Positions 19,909 to 31,931 of a DNA stretch of 64,000 bases are shown in pieces. Numbering within the stretch: the stretch's first letter is position 1; every line of letters starts with the position of its first letter. The stretch comes from a virus: IMG/VR virus record IMGVR_UViG_3300046501_000082, positions 28,875 to 92,874 of that record, one strand, 5' to 3'. Under the pieces are notes generated by a model. That model was not told the DNA's origin and made no database searches. It saw only the letters and a list, made by a program, of their open reading frames with translations. A program made the position numbers and the translations under genes.

Positions 19909-21555
19909 TTAAAAATCATCTGGAACTTCCTGAGCAAGCAATACTGCCCAAGTGTTTTCATCAATAGTAAATTCATCAGCAACACCTAGGTAACTCCACG
20001 GGCGATTCTTCAGAACAGTGAGGCGAACATTACCACGGCTTCGATCTGGCATAATCTGAGGCTCCAAACCAATAATGACAAAGCTCAATTGCTCCAGCGC
20101 AGAACTCCCGCGCATCATTTCCTTTGAAACTTTAACCCAAAACGGTTTGTCTTCATTTCCTTTTGGAGCTTTGAACTGTTCAGCGGCACTCCGGTTAATA
20201 TGGCTAACCGCAATAACACAAACATCATTGGCTGCACAGAATGCAGCAAGTTCAGTCATAACAATATCAAGTTCTTTACGCTCATCTGTTACATGACTTC
20301 CTGAAATAACCATACTCAAGTGGTCAATAAGAATAAACTTACAACCTTCAACCAAGTGCATATGTTTGACTTTGTTCATAAGCTCACTTACTGGCAAACT
20401 CCCAAAGTGGCCCAACATTACCAGCAAGTCATTATCTACGATTTCATCACGAGCTTGTGTGATCTGTTCGAGTGTTGCAGATTCCAAAGGTTTGTCTTTA
20501 AACTTCAAGTAACTTACTTTCAACTTAGATGCAATCAATCGTTGCATTGTTTCTTTATTACTTTCTTCCAAGTAAATCATACCAAGCTTTTCACCAGACG
20601 CCATAAAAGAACTGGCAAAAATAGATGTAACAGTTGATTTACCAACACCCGAGGGACTGGTGAGCAAAACTAGCTCGCGCATACGAAACCCATGAAGCTT
20701 ATCCATAAGCTTAGGGAATTCATTTACATACACACCCTCTGGCCGTGGCTCAAGCAACTCTTCAATGCTGATGTCAGATGCCTTAACAATCTTTTCAGCA
20801 GAATAAGCCCGTTTACCAAACTGAATAAGTTTAGCCAAGTCTTCGGCCCGATTAGCTTGCAAGTAATCAGAAGCATCTTTGAAACCGTCTGCTGGCACCA
20901 CTGTCATTAAAGACAAACCTGAGCCAACCAATGCGCTAGCAACAGCTTCACGGGCTTCATGGCCCTTCATAACGCCCTTCTTTGTTTCTGCTGGTGTGCA
21001 GTAATCATCATCAAAGAAAATAGTTAGGCTGTCGTGGCTCTTTACATATTCTTCATTGTGAAGCAAAGCTTCTACAGCATTAGCAGTACCGAGAGGGATA
21101 GAAACAACGAGTGGCTCAAGCCCCTCAAACTTTGTACCTTTTACATTATCGACAGCCGCCTGCCATACACTAACACAGTCCCATTGGCCTTCTGTCGTAA
21201 TAAGATTAGTCCGTTTTCGATTGGTATTTTCTGCAACTTCTTGGCCAAACAATTTGTTGCCAATAGAGACACTGCCAACAGCAGTCCAGTGACCTTTCTC
21301 GTCTTTTCCTTTAGTCACATCTTGTTTAGTGTAGCCAACAACTTTACCTTTCTGGTTATAGGAAGGGAAATAGAAAGATTCTGGTGTCTTACCATCTTTT
21401 TCAGAGACAGCAACTTTAACACCAAAGCGTTCAAGAGTAGCTTTACGTACTCCACGGTCTGGTGCATCGAATGTTGCGTATTTATTTACTTCATCAACTG
21501 TTTCTTTTGTAAAAACTTCCACTTCTCTCTCCTTCAATTTTTTGAAATAACTCAC
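19909..21555 (-). CDS. DNA primase (TOPRIM)-helicase (SF4) fusion
   Basis: TEGQWD, FFDDD, KDASD; Walker A SPSGVGKS; LIDHLS, VSHINR, RGSS, KNR. Confidence 0.93.
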   Translation of the reverse strand: MSYFKKLKEREVEVFTKETVDEVNKYATFDAPDRGVRKATLERFGVKVAVSEKDGKTPESFYFPSYNQKGKVVGYTKQDVTKGKDEKGHWTAVGSVSIGNKLFGQEVAENTNRKRTNLITTEGQWDCVSVWQAAVDNVKGTKFEGLEPLVVSIPLGTANAVEALLHNEEYVKSHDSLTIFFDDDYCTPAETKKGVMKGHEAREAVASALVGSGLSLMTVVPADGFKDASDYLQANRAEDLAKLIQFGKRAYSAEKIVKASDISIEELLEPRPEGVYVNEFPKLMDKLHGFRMRELVLLTSPSGVGKSTVTSIFASSFMASGEKLGMIYLEESNKETMQRLIASKLKVSYLKFKDKPLESATLEQITQARDEIVDNDLLVMLGHFGSLPVSELMNKVKHMHLVEGCKFILIDHLSMVISGSHVTDERKELDIVMTELAAFCAANDVCVIAVSHINRSAAEQFKAPKGNEDKPFWVKVSKEMMRGSSALEQLSFVIIGLEPQIMPDRSRGNVRLTVLKNRPWSYLGVADEFTIDENTWAVLLAQEVPDDF

Positions 21556-22833
21556 AACCCCTCCTAATCACAAATTCTCAATCGCACCTATACACGCACC
21601 AACTCCTTCACTATACCCTTCAGAACGTGCATCGTCAAGAGATATCATTTATTCTGTTGTAAACCAAGTGTTGATTTTATCTGCGAATCTGGTTTCCTCA
21701 AATCAGTAGTAATTTCTGTGGAGAATAAGGCTACCACAAAAGCTAGAAAAAGGAAAAGCATACCTAATTCTTTCATCACATATCCTCGCCACATTCAGCG
21801 CAATAACCATTATATTCATCCTTTGCAGCTTCATAGCCACGAAGGAATTCTTGAGAGTTTTGTGTATAAAAATCTTCTACCAATTTCTCCACCAACTCAC
21901 CAAACAAAATCCATCAGACTCCAACAAACCCTTCTCAGCGTAAGAAATTAGCTCATCACTTGAGAATGTCGAAAGTGATGTTGTGTTTATGTTGATAGTC
22001 ATTGTTCGGACTCCAATTTTTGGATTTTACTCTTCAATTCTGCAATTTGCTCTTGTCTAACATTTTCTTTTTTAATAGTCTCCACTGAAACTTTCTTTTC
22101 TTGGAAGTATTTAATCATATCACTTTCTGGCATCATCAAGTGCTTGATTGGTATTGAAATGCCACTAGATTCTGCATAATCTTCTCTATAAGAAGTTTCT
22201 CCGCAAGAGTTATCAGCACCCCATTGTTCACTAAAATAGTCACTATCTGTATCATAGTATAATGTTTTAGTATGAGTTGTATAATCTGTCCAGTGCAATA
22301 CTGCTGTTAAAAATCCTTCTTTTGTTGGAGGTCTAACGGTCACTGCGAATTCTTTGTCCGGAACCGTAACACTATTGAACCCATTAATATACTTTCTGTA
22401 CAAATTTAAGTATGTGACAACCAAACCCGCAAGATCATAGGATAGATTACTTGCAAGTATAAAGTCTGCCTCTGTTCTTAACATCATAAAAACCCCCTAA
22501 ATTAATTAACCAAACTTATCACACTTAGTGAACAAACTCCCTACACAAAAACATCGATATCATCTATCCCTAACGTTTCCTTCACTTCCCTGTCATCGTT
22601 GATTCGTAGGCTATATTCCCCACACAACAGAGCCTTTTGCCTCAAGAATTGAGCCTCTGTCATGATGTGTTCTCCTTAAATTTAAATACGTTTCTCAACG
22701 CTAGAAATTACATCCTTGATATCCCAATAGATATCAGCGTGTTCATCTTCATCACCGCTTGTATCGAAATACTCAAAGTAATCCAAGCTTTCTTCAAGGA
22801 CTGCTTTGATGGCTTGTAGTGCTTCTGATTTGG

Positions 22834-23631
22834 TCATTGTTTATTCTCCAACAGTTTCTGAGCCTTTATGGACCACTCGGAATGTTTGTGCAAAGGTTTT
22901 GATGCCGTATGAGCTTCATTGAGTAATCCATTGGGAACGTCTTCAAGCTCCTCAATCCGAGCTTCAGCCTTCAAAGACAATTCAGCAGCTGTATGGCGGC
23001 TATAGTCTCCAAACAAGGCATGATCTTTAGGGATATTAAGCGTTGGTGTAGGGACCTTTGTGTCAATGCCGGAATAAGCTTTGAACTCATTAGAGAGCTT
23101 ACTAGCTATAGACAAATCTTCAGCATTTGCAAAATAACCATCAAGGGACCACTGGATAATTTTAATTGTTTCTTCCTTGAGAGTATAGCCAAGCCTCTTG
23201 AAATACCGAATACCCCACTTCCAAGCATTCACTTCAGAAACCAAACGTTCTTTTGTCCACTTACCTGACCAAGTTGCATTGTAAAAACTTGACGATGAAA
23301 AATACTGATGACTTTTGCAGTGACCAAGTTCATGGCAATAGGTGAGGAAGTCGCCATCGTTTTGAGGTACAGGTGCTGCAATATAGCTGAAAAGGTCTGT
23401 GCAAGCTTCCTTGTAGCTAGTCTTTGCCTGAAAGCCAATCCCGTCTTTAAGCATACGACGTGTGACATACTCAGCAAAGCTGCGACCAGCGATCTTGTAG
23501 TCTGTGTTCAGGTTGAATTTACGTTTAGGAATCTCTGGCTTCACTTCAGGAACTGTAATACTGATAATACTTTTCAGAGCAGTGCCTTTACCAAACGTGA
23601 TCGTTACGTCTTCTGGTTTGTAAGTCTTCAT
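22834..23631 (-). CDS. Putative Zn-metallopeptidase-fold protein
   Basis: CHELGH (HExxH) followed by EVNAW. Confidence 0.55.
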   Translation of the reverse strand: MKTYKPEDVTITFGKGTALKSIISITVPEVKPEIPKRKFNLNTDYKIAGRSFAEYVTRRMLKDGIGFQAKTSYKEACTDLFSYIAAPVPQNDGDFLTYCHELGHCKSHQYFSSSSFYNATWSGKWTKERLVSEVNAWKWGIRYFKRLGYTLKEETIKIIQWSLDGYFANAEDLSIASKLSNEFKAYSGIDTKVPTPTLNIPKDHALFGDYSRHTAAELSLKAEARIEELEDVPNGLLNEAHTASKPLHKHSEWSIKAQKLLENKQ

Positions 23632-23673
23632 TTTGTGTTTCTCCTTGTCGGGGTTTGTTCTTCAATAGCCCAC

Positions 23674-23820
23674 AAGATAATCCACTATCCACCCCGAGTC
23701 AAGGGGTGTGCTGAAATATTTTCAGAAGACAGTCTGAAGACGTGTGGAGAATGTCCGTAGACGAACAGGCACAAAGGTTTGAAAATAATTGTTGACAGGG
23801 GGGTTTGGGTGAGGGATGCT
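23674..23820. promoter_or_regulatory. Divergent sigma70 promoter pair at the block boundary
   Basis: Minus: TTGACT-17-TATCTT; plus: TTGACA(23792)-17-GATGCT. Confidence 0.7.
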
Positions 23821-25134
23821 TGGCTACACATTTTATTGGAAGAGGTTGCAGAGATGAGAGTTTATATTCTGTGTTCGGTTGCTGGTCACTACAAAGGCGT
23901 GTTCAAGTCACGTAAAGAGGCTGAGGAGCATGCTATTAATGAAGAAATGCTTGGTTATGAAATCTTTATGGATGTATTGAACAAATGAACACAACCAACG
24001 GTACAGATTGGGATAAATGTGGTAATGCTATGAGTAATAATACTACGATACATCACCAGCAAGAGGACGCCCCTCTGTGGCTTAGCGCTGAGGATATTCG
24101 GGAAATGTTGAAGGAATTGGAGGGTGAGGAATGATTGACTACAAATTGTTGTATGAAGAGAGCTTAAAAGAGAATGAAAAACTAAGGCTACTCCTAGGGC
24201 GTGCACATAAACGCATAGACTCTATGCGAACTCGATATAAAGGGACGGGCAGTGATTACCTAGACTGTGTTCTGGGCATTGGTGGGTTTGAGCAATATGG
24301 TCCGATTAAAGGTGTTAAGGGGTTGACAGACGATGAATAATTCTTATGATTTCATACCAGACACGTCCACCTGTTATCAGATAGACGACACAAGATTCTT
24401 TGAAATTCAAGCTGACAAAGAGTCTGTTGAGCGCTTTATTAAAGACTTAGAATTGTTTGAGAAGAAGAGTGCTGAAGAGGGGGAATGATTGTATGAATTC
24501 TGCTCACGTTCACTGCTACTCCTGTGAAAACATATCATGTTCAAAAGCTTGCTTTAGGCTGTGTGTTCGTGAGATGATGTGCCATTGAAATTAATTGATT
24601 GGAGAGAAAGGTATGGCCAGGTTTAAAGCAAAGAAGCTAATCTGGATGCTTGAAGATATTCTTGACAAAGAACAAGAACTTCAGGCGGGTATTAATGCTT
24701 GGAATGATGAGAATGAAGATCCTAGCAACCAAGCGGGTTGTGATCCATCCGACCAATATCTTTTAGGTGAAGAGGTTGAAGGTTTGTGGGAAGAATTTAA
24801 GAAAGAGGTGAATGAAGCATGAAACATATACAATCAGGCGAAGTGCGGGCTATGTATGATAGCGGTCAATTCTCTATGCAAGAGGCGAAGTACACTCTCA
24901 AGAAAGAATATGCTAATGATGCTCTGTTTGACGCCATCAATAAATGGAATGGTGGACTTCCTCAAGAGGCTTTCATGGAGCTTATCGAAGTGGTTAGCTA
25001 TTTGGTAAATAAGGAATGACTGTGATCCAGTGTGAAAAAGTGGCTTTAGGGAATGCCCTACAGGCCACGTATTCATTGACTTTGTTATCATTTTTGTACC
25101 CATATGAACAGAAGAGGAAGAAGGAGTTGGAATA

Positions 25135-26418
25135 GTGATAGAAGATGTAGAAGAGTACAGCCTTAAGAGTAGATTGTTAACCTACAATATTAATATCTCT
25201 ACATCTGTAAGGAATAAGATTAGATACATAAATAAGATAGAAGATAAAGAGTTATCTGCTGTTATCATAGTTAATCTCATATCTTGTGTTAAGAGACAGG
25301 AGAAGCTTCTGTACTCACGACATAAGGGTAATCACAGTACGTCTGTAACTAAGTACAACAGACGTGGTATACAAACACACAGACTGTTGAAATGCATTGA
25401 CACCCTTGAAGCTTTAGGCTATATTGAGAACTTCGTGGGTAAAGGTCATATAGATAAGGAAAAGAGAATTATGTCTTACATCACACCTTCTGAAGCCTTT
25501 ATTGCTGAGTTCTGTTCTAAAGATGAGGAAGTACAGAGCGCTATTGCTGCTTATAATGCCAGCCTTCAGACTATTATCTTGCGTAATGAATATGGTAAGG
25601 CTATTGACTATCAAGATAATAAGAATATTAAAGCTGCACGTAAGGTTGTAGAGAAACTAAATCGTATTAATGAGTTGCATGATATTAAAGATGGTGAAGG
25701 GAATGTCATGACTAACATCTATTCTCGTATTTTTAATAAAGATTTTGAGCATGGTGGTCGCTACTTTCATTCGGATGCTTTGAAGATTAAACACAAGAAG
25801 ACTAAGGCCCGTCTGGATATCACTATCAATGGTGAGCAGGTTGTAGAAATTGATTTTTCTAACCTTCACTACAGGCTTGCCAGTTTGATGGAACAGATAA
25901 GTATGGAGAACCTTCCACTTGATGTGTATATGGATATTCTGCCCGAGTGTTTGCAGAATGATGATCACCGTGAATTGATTAAACTTTCTATTAACATTCT
26001 GTTCAACTCTAAGACTGAAGATAGTGCTGATCGTGCAATAAACAAAGAGATTACAAAGTTTAAATCTCAAGGTTGGAATATTGATAAGAGTCTAAATACT
26101 GGTAAAAAGGTACGAGAACACATTTACATCATGACACCAGATTTTATTCCTTGTTATTGCCGGGATGATTCGTTCGGTCTTGCATTGCAGAACGCAGATT
26201 CATACCTTGCACAGCGAGTAATTGAGAAATTTGTTGACGAAATGAAGCCAATCTTGCCTATTCATGACAGTTTCGTGGTCAGGATGTCTGACGTGGGGCT
26301 TTTGGAGAATGCAATGGGAGACGCTTTTCGAGAAGAATTTGGAATTGCTTCGCTAATTCCCTTGAAAATGTCTTGGAAAGATGCTAATGTGCTTCAAGAA
26401 AGTAAAATCTTAGCGTAA
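25135..26418 (+). CDS. Minimal PolA/T7-RNAP superfamily polymerase-like protein, paralog 1
   Basis: GGRYF; motif A VEIDFSNLH; motif B RELIK; LQNADS; motif C PIHDSF. Confidence 0.7.
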   Translation: MIEDVEEYSLKSRLLTYNINISTSVRNKIRYINKIEDKELSAVIIVNLISCVKRQEKLLYSRHKGNHSTSVTKYNRRGIQTHRLLKCIDTLEALGYIENFVGKGHIDKEKRIMSYITPSEAFIAEFCSKDEEVQSAIAAYNASLQTIILRNEYGKAIDYQDNKNIKAARKVVEKLNRINELHDIKDGEGNVMTNIYSRIFNKDFEHGGRYFHSDALKIKHKKTKARLDITINGEQVVEIDFSNLHYRLASLMEQISMENLPLDVYMDILPECLQNDDHRELIKLSINILFNSKTEDSADRAINKEITKFKSQGWNIDKSLNTGKKVREHIYIMTPDFIPCYCRDDSFGLALQNADSYLAQRVIEKFVDEMKPILPIHDSFVVRMSDVGLLENAMGDAFREEFGIASLIPLKMSWKDANVLQESKILA

Positions 26419-27935
26419 TAGGAGTATTAAAATGATTAACGAATTCGGACACACAAATGATGTGAAATACTTGGAAACAGCTAACGCTTTCATTCAAGCC
26501 GCTATTGCTGATGGATGGGAGCATTCTCAAACATACCCATCAGAATCTATTGAGCGTGCATGTCGTCTCACTAAAAATGGTTTTGTCATTAGTGCAATCA
26601 CTCGTAAAGATGTTGGTAAGTGGAAGTATGAAGTTCAGTTGAGCGCTTGGGCACCAGACAAACTTTGTATTGATTTGCCTAAAGTATATAATCCTGATAC
26701 ATTCTTGAAAGCAGAAATCACTTGTGGGATTTGCAAGAAAGAAGTAGACAAAACATATCGGTATAGTTTTGCAGGCAGAGCTTGTGCAGATTGTATCCCA
26801 AAGGCTCGTAAAGAGCACGAACAAACGGGATGGTGTGATTAACATGACCTACCAAAAACAATACACCTCATTCCTGTCCACTCTGCACCAAGACACACGC
26901 CCGTGGATAACTAACCGTGACATCCCTAAAGATGGATCACAGATTTATCTTATGTGTGGCCTTGACTGGCAAGGAAATGTACAATATGATGTGGGGAGGT
27001 ATGAGGATTACACAAAGCATTGGTGGTATTTGAGTAGCCAAATTCCGGGGGAATTGAACACTGAATTTGGCAATTGTGATGAAATTATTGGTTGGAAATT
27101 TATGGAGGATAAAGAATGAAAAACTTTAAACATGAAGACCGCTACATGGTTGTAAAACTAAGCTTGCTTAGTGATGAATTTAATGAAGATGGAATGCAAC
27201 GATCTGATGTTATTTACCGTAACGCTCACTTCGGTAAAGCAATGGTTGAGTGTGTAGTTGTTGAGTCAGACTGGCCTGAATACGATAAAGTTTGGAAGAT
27301 GATTGAGCAGCGTGTCACAGGCACAACACCAAATGTTGATCAAGTGGCTTTAGATTGTATGCAACGGATTATGAGCATTCTTGATGCCGACTGGAAGAGG
27401 GGGGAAGTTCAGTTGAAAGCCCAGATTCAATGTGCGATTATTGATGCTTTGGAGATTGTTAAATGAATAAAGAAGAATACCTTGACTGGTGCAATAAAAT
27501 GGGCTACTTGACAATCACCGATTGGAATTACCAGATAGTCGGAAAGTGTCATTACTATTTTATCCTCAACCCTACGACAGATAAGTTTGCCTTGATCAAA
27601 TTCATACCAATGCGGGTGGGTACAGGATACCCTGACAGACATGAAGTGTTAGTGCAAGACTGGACAGATTTTAATGGTTATGCCGAACAGTTTCATAAAG
27701 AAACAGAGGGAGCTTGGAAATGAGTGAATTAATTGTCTTGATCGTCTGTTGTGTTTGTGTAGGCTGGACTGTGTTCGATTCCACATCTGTTACAATCGAT
27801 ACTGATGAGATTAATAAGATTGGTTCTTATTGCACCAACAATAAAGGTATTGCTAAAATTAAGTATACAACGGATGGTAATAGTCAGATTACATGTATTG
27901 ATGGTGCAATCTTTAAAGTTAAAGGAGAATAATAA

Positions 27936-28091
27936 ATGAAATTCTTTAAACGTATGTTTTGTACGCATAATTACGTAGAAGTTGAAACAGTACAACCTAT
28001 CACATTCTTCGGTATTGGCCTATTTTCACAATACAAAATGAAGTGTACGCTTTGCGGTAAAGAAAGGATTGTAGGAGCAAACGGTAAATGA
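27936..28091 (+). CDS. Small Zn-finger protein (CxH...CxxC), not in ORF track
   Basis: MKFFKRMFCTHNY...KCTLCGKERI with SD AGGAG. Confidence 0.7.
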   Translation: MKFFKRMFCTHNYVEVETVQPITFFGIGLFSQYKMKCTLCGKERIVGANGK

Positions 28092-28246
28092 AATTCCTAA
28101 AACACCTATTCTGCAAGCACACATACCAACATTATCACAACCTATTCATGCCTCTCACTGATGACTGGCCTTGTAAAGTGCAACATGTTGAGAAATGTTA
28201 TAAGTGTGGGAAAGAGAAAATTGTTACTAGGCTTATTGGAGAATAG
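28088..28246 (+). CDS. Small Zn-finger protein, tandem paralog of the preceding gene
   Basis: MKFLKHLFCKHTY...KCYKCGKEKI; ATGA overlap. Confidence 0.7.
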   Translation: MKFLKHLFCKHTYQHYHNLFMPLTDDWPCKVQHVEKCYKCGKEKIVTRLIGE

Positions 28247-31200
28247 CACGATAGAAAAGCCCTATCAATCCAAGCTAAGTGATTAGAAATGATTGCTTTA
28301 CTGGGATTTTCTTTTGCCCTACAATCAATACACAGAAACGAAATACACATTGGAATGTTGGAGAGAAGATGTTATGAACTATAACTACATTGTCATTGAT
28401 AAAGACAATTCTTGTCAGGTGGGTGGTGACTTCAGTAGCCAGCAGTCTGCTCAAAAGTTTGCAGATAGACTAAACAAACAAACCAGCACTCTAGTCTATG
28501 TGGTAGAGAAGAAATGAAGAATAATTATTGCTCAAACATCCTCTCACAGCTAACATCCGCTGGTTTCTCCATTCACAAATGCCAACAAGACTCTGTATGG
28601 CAGATAAAGGATGAGAAGGATGTCGTAATGCAGAACCGTGCATTGGGATGTCTTATGAAAAAGGCTGCACAAGAATTTAAATTGGATTGGAGTGATGTAT
28701 GAGTAAAATAAATACAACTAAAGTTTATGTTATCCGAGATAGTGTTTCTGGAGAGCTGCTGAGGTTCAGTTCTAAGTGTGGTTGGTGCTCACCTATGGCT
28801 GCAAAGAATGCTTTCAACCTTGCCATGTATTCTTATTACGACCTAGACTATTTTGGGGATCGTAAAGGATTGTTTGATAAACAAGATCAATTTACAATTG
28901 AAGAAATAACCTGAGAAAACTGGAGCTAATCAAATGACAGTTAAAAAGAAAGTGGCAACAGTAACAAAACGCTCTTCCATAGAAGACAAACTAAACGCCT
29001 TACGTTTCCAATCCCTATTAGCAGCCTGTCAAACCCCTTACGGACAGCTCTCTAATGAATGGCTTAAAGTGTTTGAGCTTATGGATATACCAGAGAAGGC
29101 TGGGAAGGAGTTGTGTGGAATGGTGGATAAAGCTATGAGTAGTGATGCGGAGAAATTGAAATGTTAGCTAGAACTGAATCATTTTGGTTTGAGGGCTTGA
29201 AGTACGCAGAAGATGATGTGCAGATTGCTAATTCTTATGGGGACACTGCACACGAAAGTTATTTTAAACCTCCTGTCTATGGTTTGGTTTCAGAGGCAAG
29301 CCAAGTAGAGTTTGAAAATGGTTATTTTGATGGTATTCAACACTACAAAAGATTAGGTTTAATCCTATGAAAACTGACACAAACAGTGTAGCCCTAGTCG
29401 AGCTATCAATTCTACGCAATCGTGTTTCTGAGGCCCTTTCTGCCTATTACAAAGCACCTCTTGGCAGCCCTTACGAGGTATACGAGATGCTGAAGAATTG
29501 TCGTAGCGAATACAAAGATGCTTGCTGTCAATTTGTTGAGAAATTGATAGACACAGAGCGTAAAGAATGTGAGAATGTGTCTGCTGAAATGAAAATTCTA
29601 TTGGAGAAGATCACATGAATAATTGGTTCAGTGTTGGAGAAGAGGTATTACTTGAAAGTAAGGGACTGCCTGAATACAATGGAAGTTATTTTATCCATGC
29701 TATTGTTGCACCCGACGAAGATTTTATTTGCAGATTGACAGGGAAAGTTTTATGGACAGATGAGGGTGTGTCCTATCTTCTTCATAAACCACTGTTTGAT
29801 AGTATTGATGGAGAGGGAGAAGCATTCTTTGCAGAGGGTTCAATTCGCAAGAAGCACAAAGGCTGTGGTGAAGACTGGAACATTATGATGAAGGGTTTGA
29901 ACACTAAAATTGTTGAGGTGGTGTAGATGCTCAATCTAGTTGCTGTTATTATTTGTGCAGTGTGCTGCGGCAATCAGTTGACTAATAAAAACTACTGGCT
30001 TGCCGGTATGAACTTTGCATTTGTACTAGTCAACTGCGTATTTGTTTATGCGGCTATGGGAGGAGCATCTTAATGGAATATCTCCTACGTGTTCAGAAAG
30101 CTATTGCAGCTACAGAGAAAGCATTCGCCCCGCAAGATGAATATGCAGAAGGGTGGGTTGAATGTGGCGGAGATTTGACATACGGAATTAGTCTAGGGTC
30201 TGGTCATGCTGTGATGCAGCAGATTAAGTATTGGATTGATCCTGTCATTGATGCAGGTAATAATCTGATTCCTGATGACGCTGGTGATAAAGCTTATTGG
30301 GATAGAATGCAAGAGATTCATAAATTTATTGAGGAGTAAATTCATGGTTAAAACATATCACGTTACAGAGAGTGGTTTGGTTGAGGGGCCAGCACTTGGA
30401 CGGATTAGTGTTGTTCTGTTGGCTGACTATGAAAAGGTTTGTGAAGAAGCTAGGCTTTTGTTGGATGAGCAAGCAGAAGAGCTATACCAACGCCGTTTTC
30501 ATGTTGCAGAGCTTGAGGCTATACTGCGAGATGAAGCTACGCGTATTCGGCTAACCAGCCTTCCGTTGAAACTTGAGTTTGCAAAAGCACGAGGGTTCAA
30601 TTCTTTGGAGGCTGTTCACGAATGGATGTCTGATGTGAGCAAGCGTATGATAGCCGTTACTCAGACAACCTAAAATAATTCCTAAAGCTTCGCCAACATC
30701 AGCCGATACGCTGAATAGAACACAACCAAACACCGAGACTGCCCGGAGGGTAACACATGAAATATCGAATCACATCCTTAGCCACAGGCAAGAAATACAA
30801 GTGTTCAAAGGATGAGCAGCTTCATTTGATGGCTGATGGCCGTCTCCTAAGCTTTTACAAAGGAGAATTTGATTGTGAATTCACACTATTAGGTGGTTAT
30901 GTGATTGAGTTTAGCTTCTCTAAGGACAGCCGTGGCAAGAATATCTGGTCAGAATGCGTTATGTATCAATGACTTGCAGATAATTTCAAAATAAACGAAA
31001 GAACTAGTAACAAAGGTGTTGACACACAGTCCGCACCTCTTTAGTATTGGCTTCAAGAGAGAACGAAGTAGAAGTGGAGTAGGCAGTGTTCTCTAAGGTA
31101 GTAGCACAATGGTGTGCATCTTACTTAAATTCTTGGAGATACGAACATGGCTGGCACTAAAAATAACGTTGTAAAAGGTCACTTTTCTACCGTCACAGGT

Positions 31201-31805
31201 AGCGACACTCGTAGAATGTTCACAGAAGATGGCACGTTCCTTGGCCTGATTGTCAAGTGTCGTGAAGGTTATCGTGTGTCTCGGTTTCAAGATGGCAAGA
31301 CACGTATCAAGAAAACCCTGCGTGAAGCCTACTCCTCAATCGCTCGCCAGAACTGAGAGGTTTGATTATGACTAACTCAATCAAGCTTCCTAAAGTCTTC
31401 TATGTCAGCCGTGATGGTCGAGACTACTTCTTTAAAGACATCCTCCCTGATTGGGTGGTTGGTGATGAGAATTACAAAGTGGTTGAGCTAGCGCCTAAGC
31501 CTGTTGAGATTAAACTCGAGGAGTTTGTAGGGCCTGTGCAGCCAACCATACAGATACCCTCACAAATCCCATCAATGAATGTTGATGAAGTGAAAGATCA
31601 ACTCAAGCTAATGAATGACCTTTTCGAGCTTGAGGAGAAAGAGATAAAGCTTCTCAAAGAACAGCTAACAGAATTCGTTGAAGCTGTCGAGGCTATACAT
31701 GAGTTTAGTAGTAAGAAAACTGAGAATTTGATGGAAGCTAAGGGATTACTTCTGCTGATAGCTGAGACGTGTGGGAATTTGTTGAAAGCTAGAGTGTGAT
31801 ATACA

Positions 31806-31830
31806 GCCCCGCAATGCGGGGCTTAGTTTT
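31806..31830 (+). terminator. Rho-independent terminator
   Basis: AGCCCCGCA-A-TGCGGGGCT inverted repeat followed by TAGTTTT. Confidence 0.75.
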
Positions 31831-31931
31831 GTGTAAAATAATTGAAGAAATATGTTGACTACCTTCTCAGACGAGCATAGAATCTAACACATAGGAAGCA
31901 GAAAGCTTCTACAGAATCTGGAGAGATTGAA

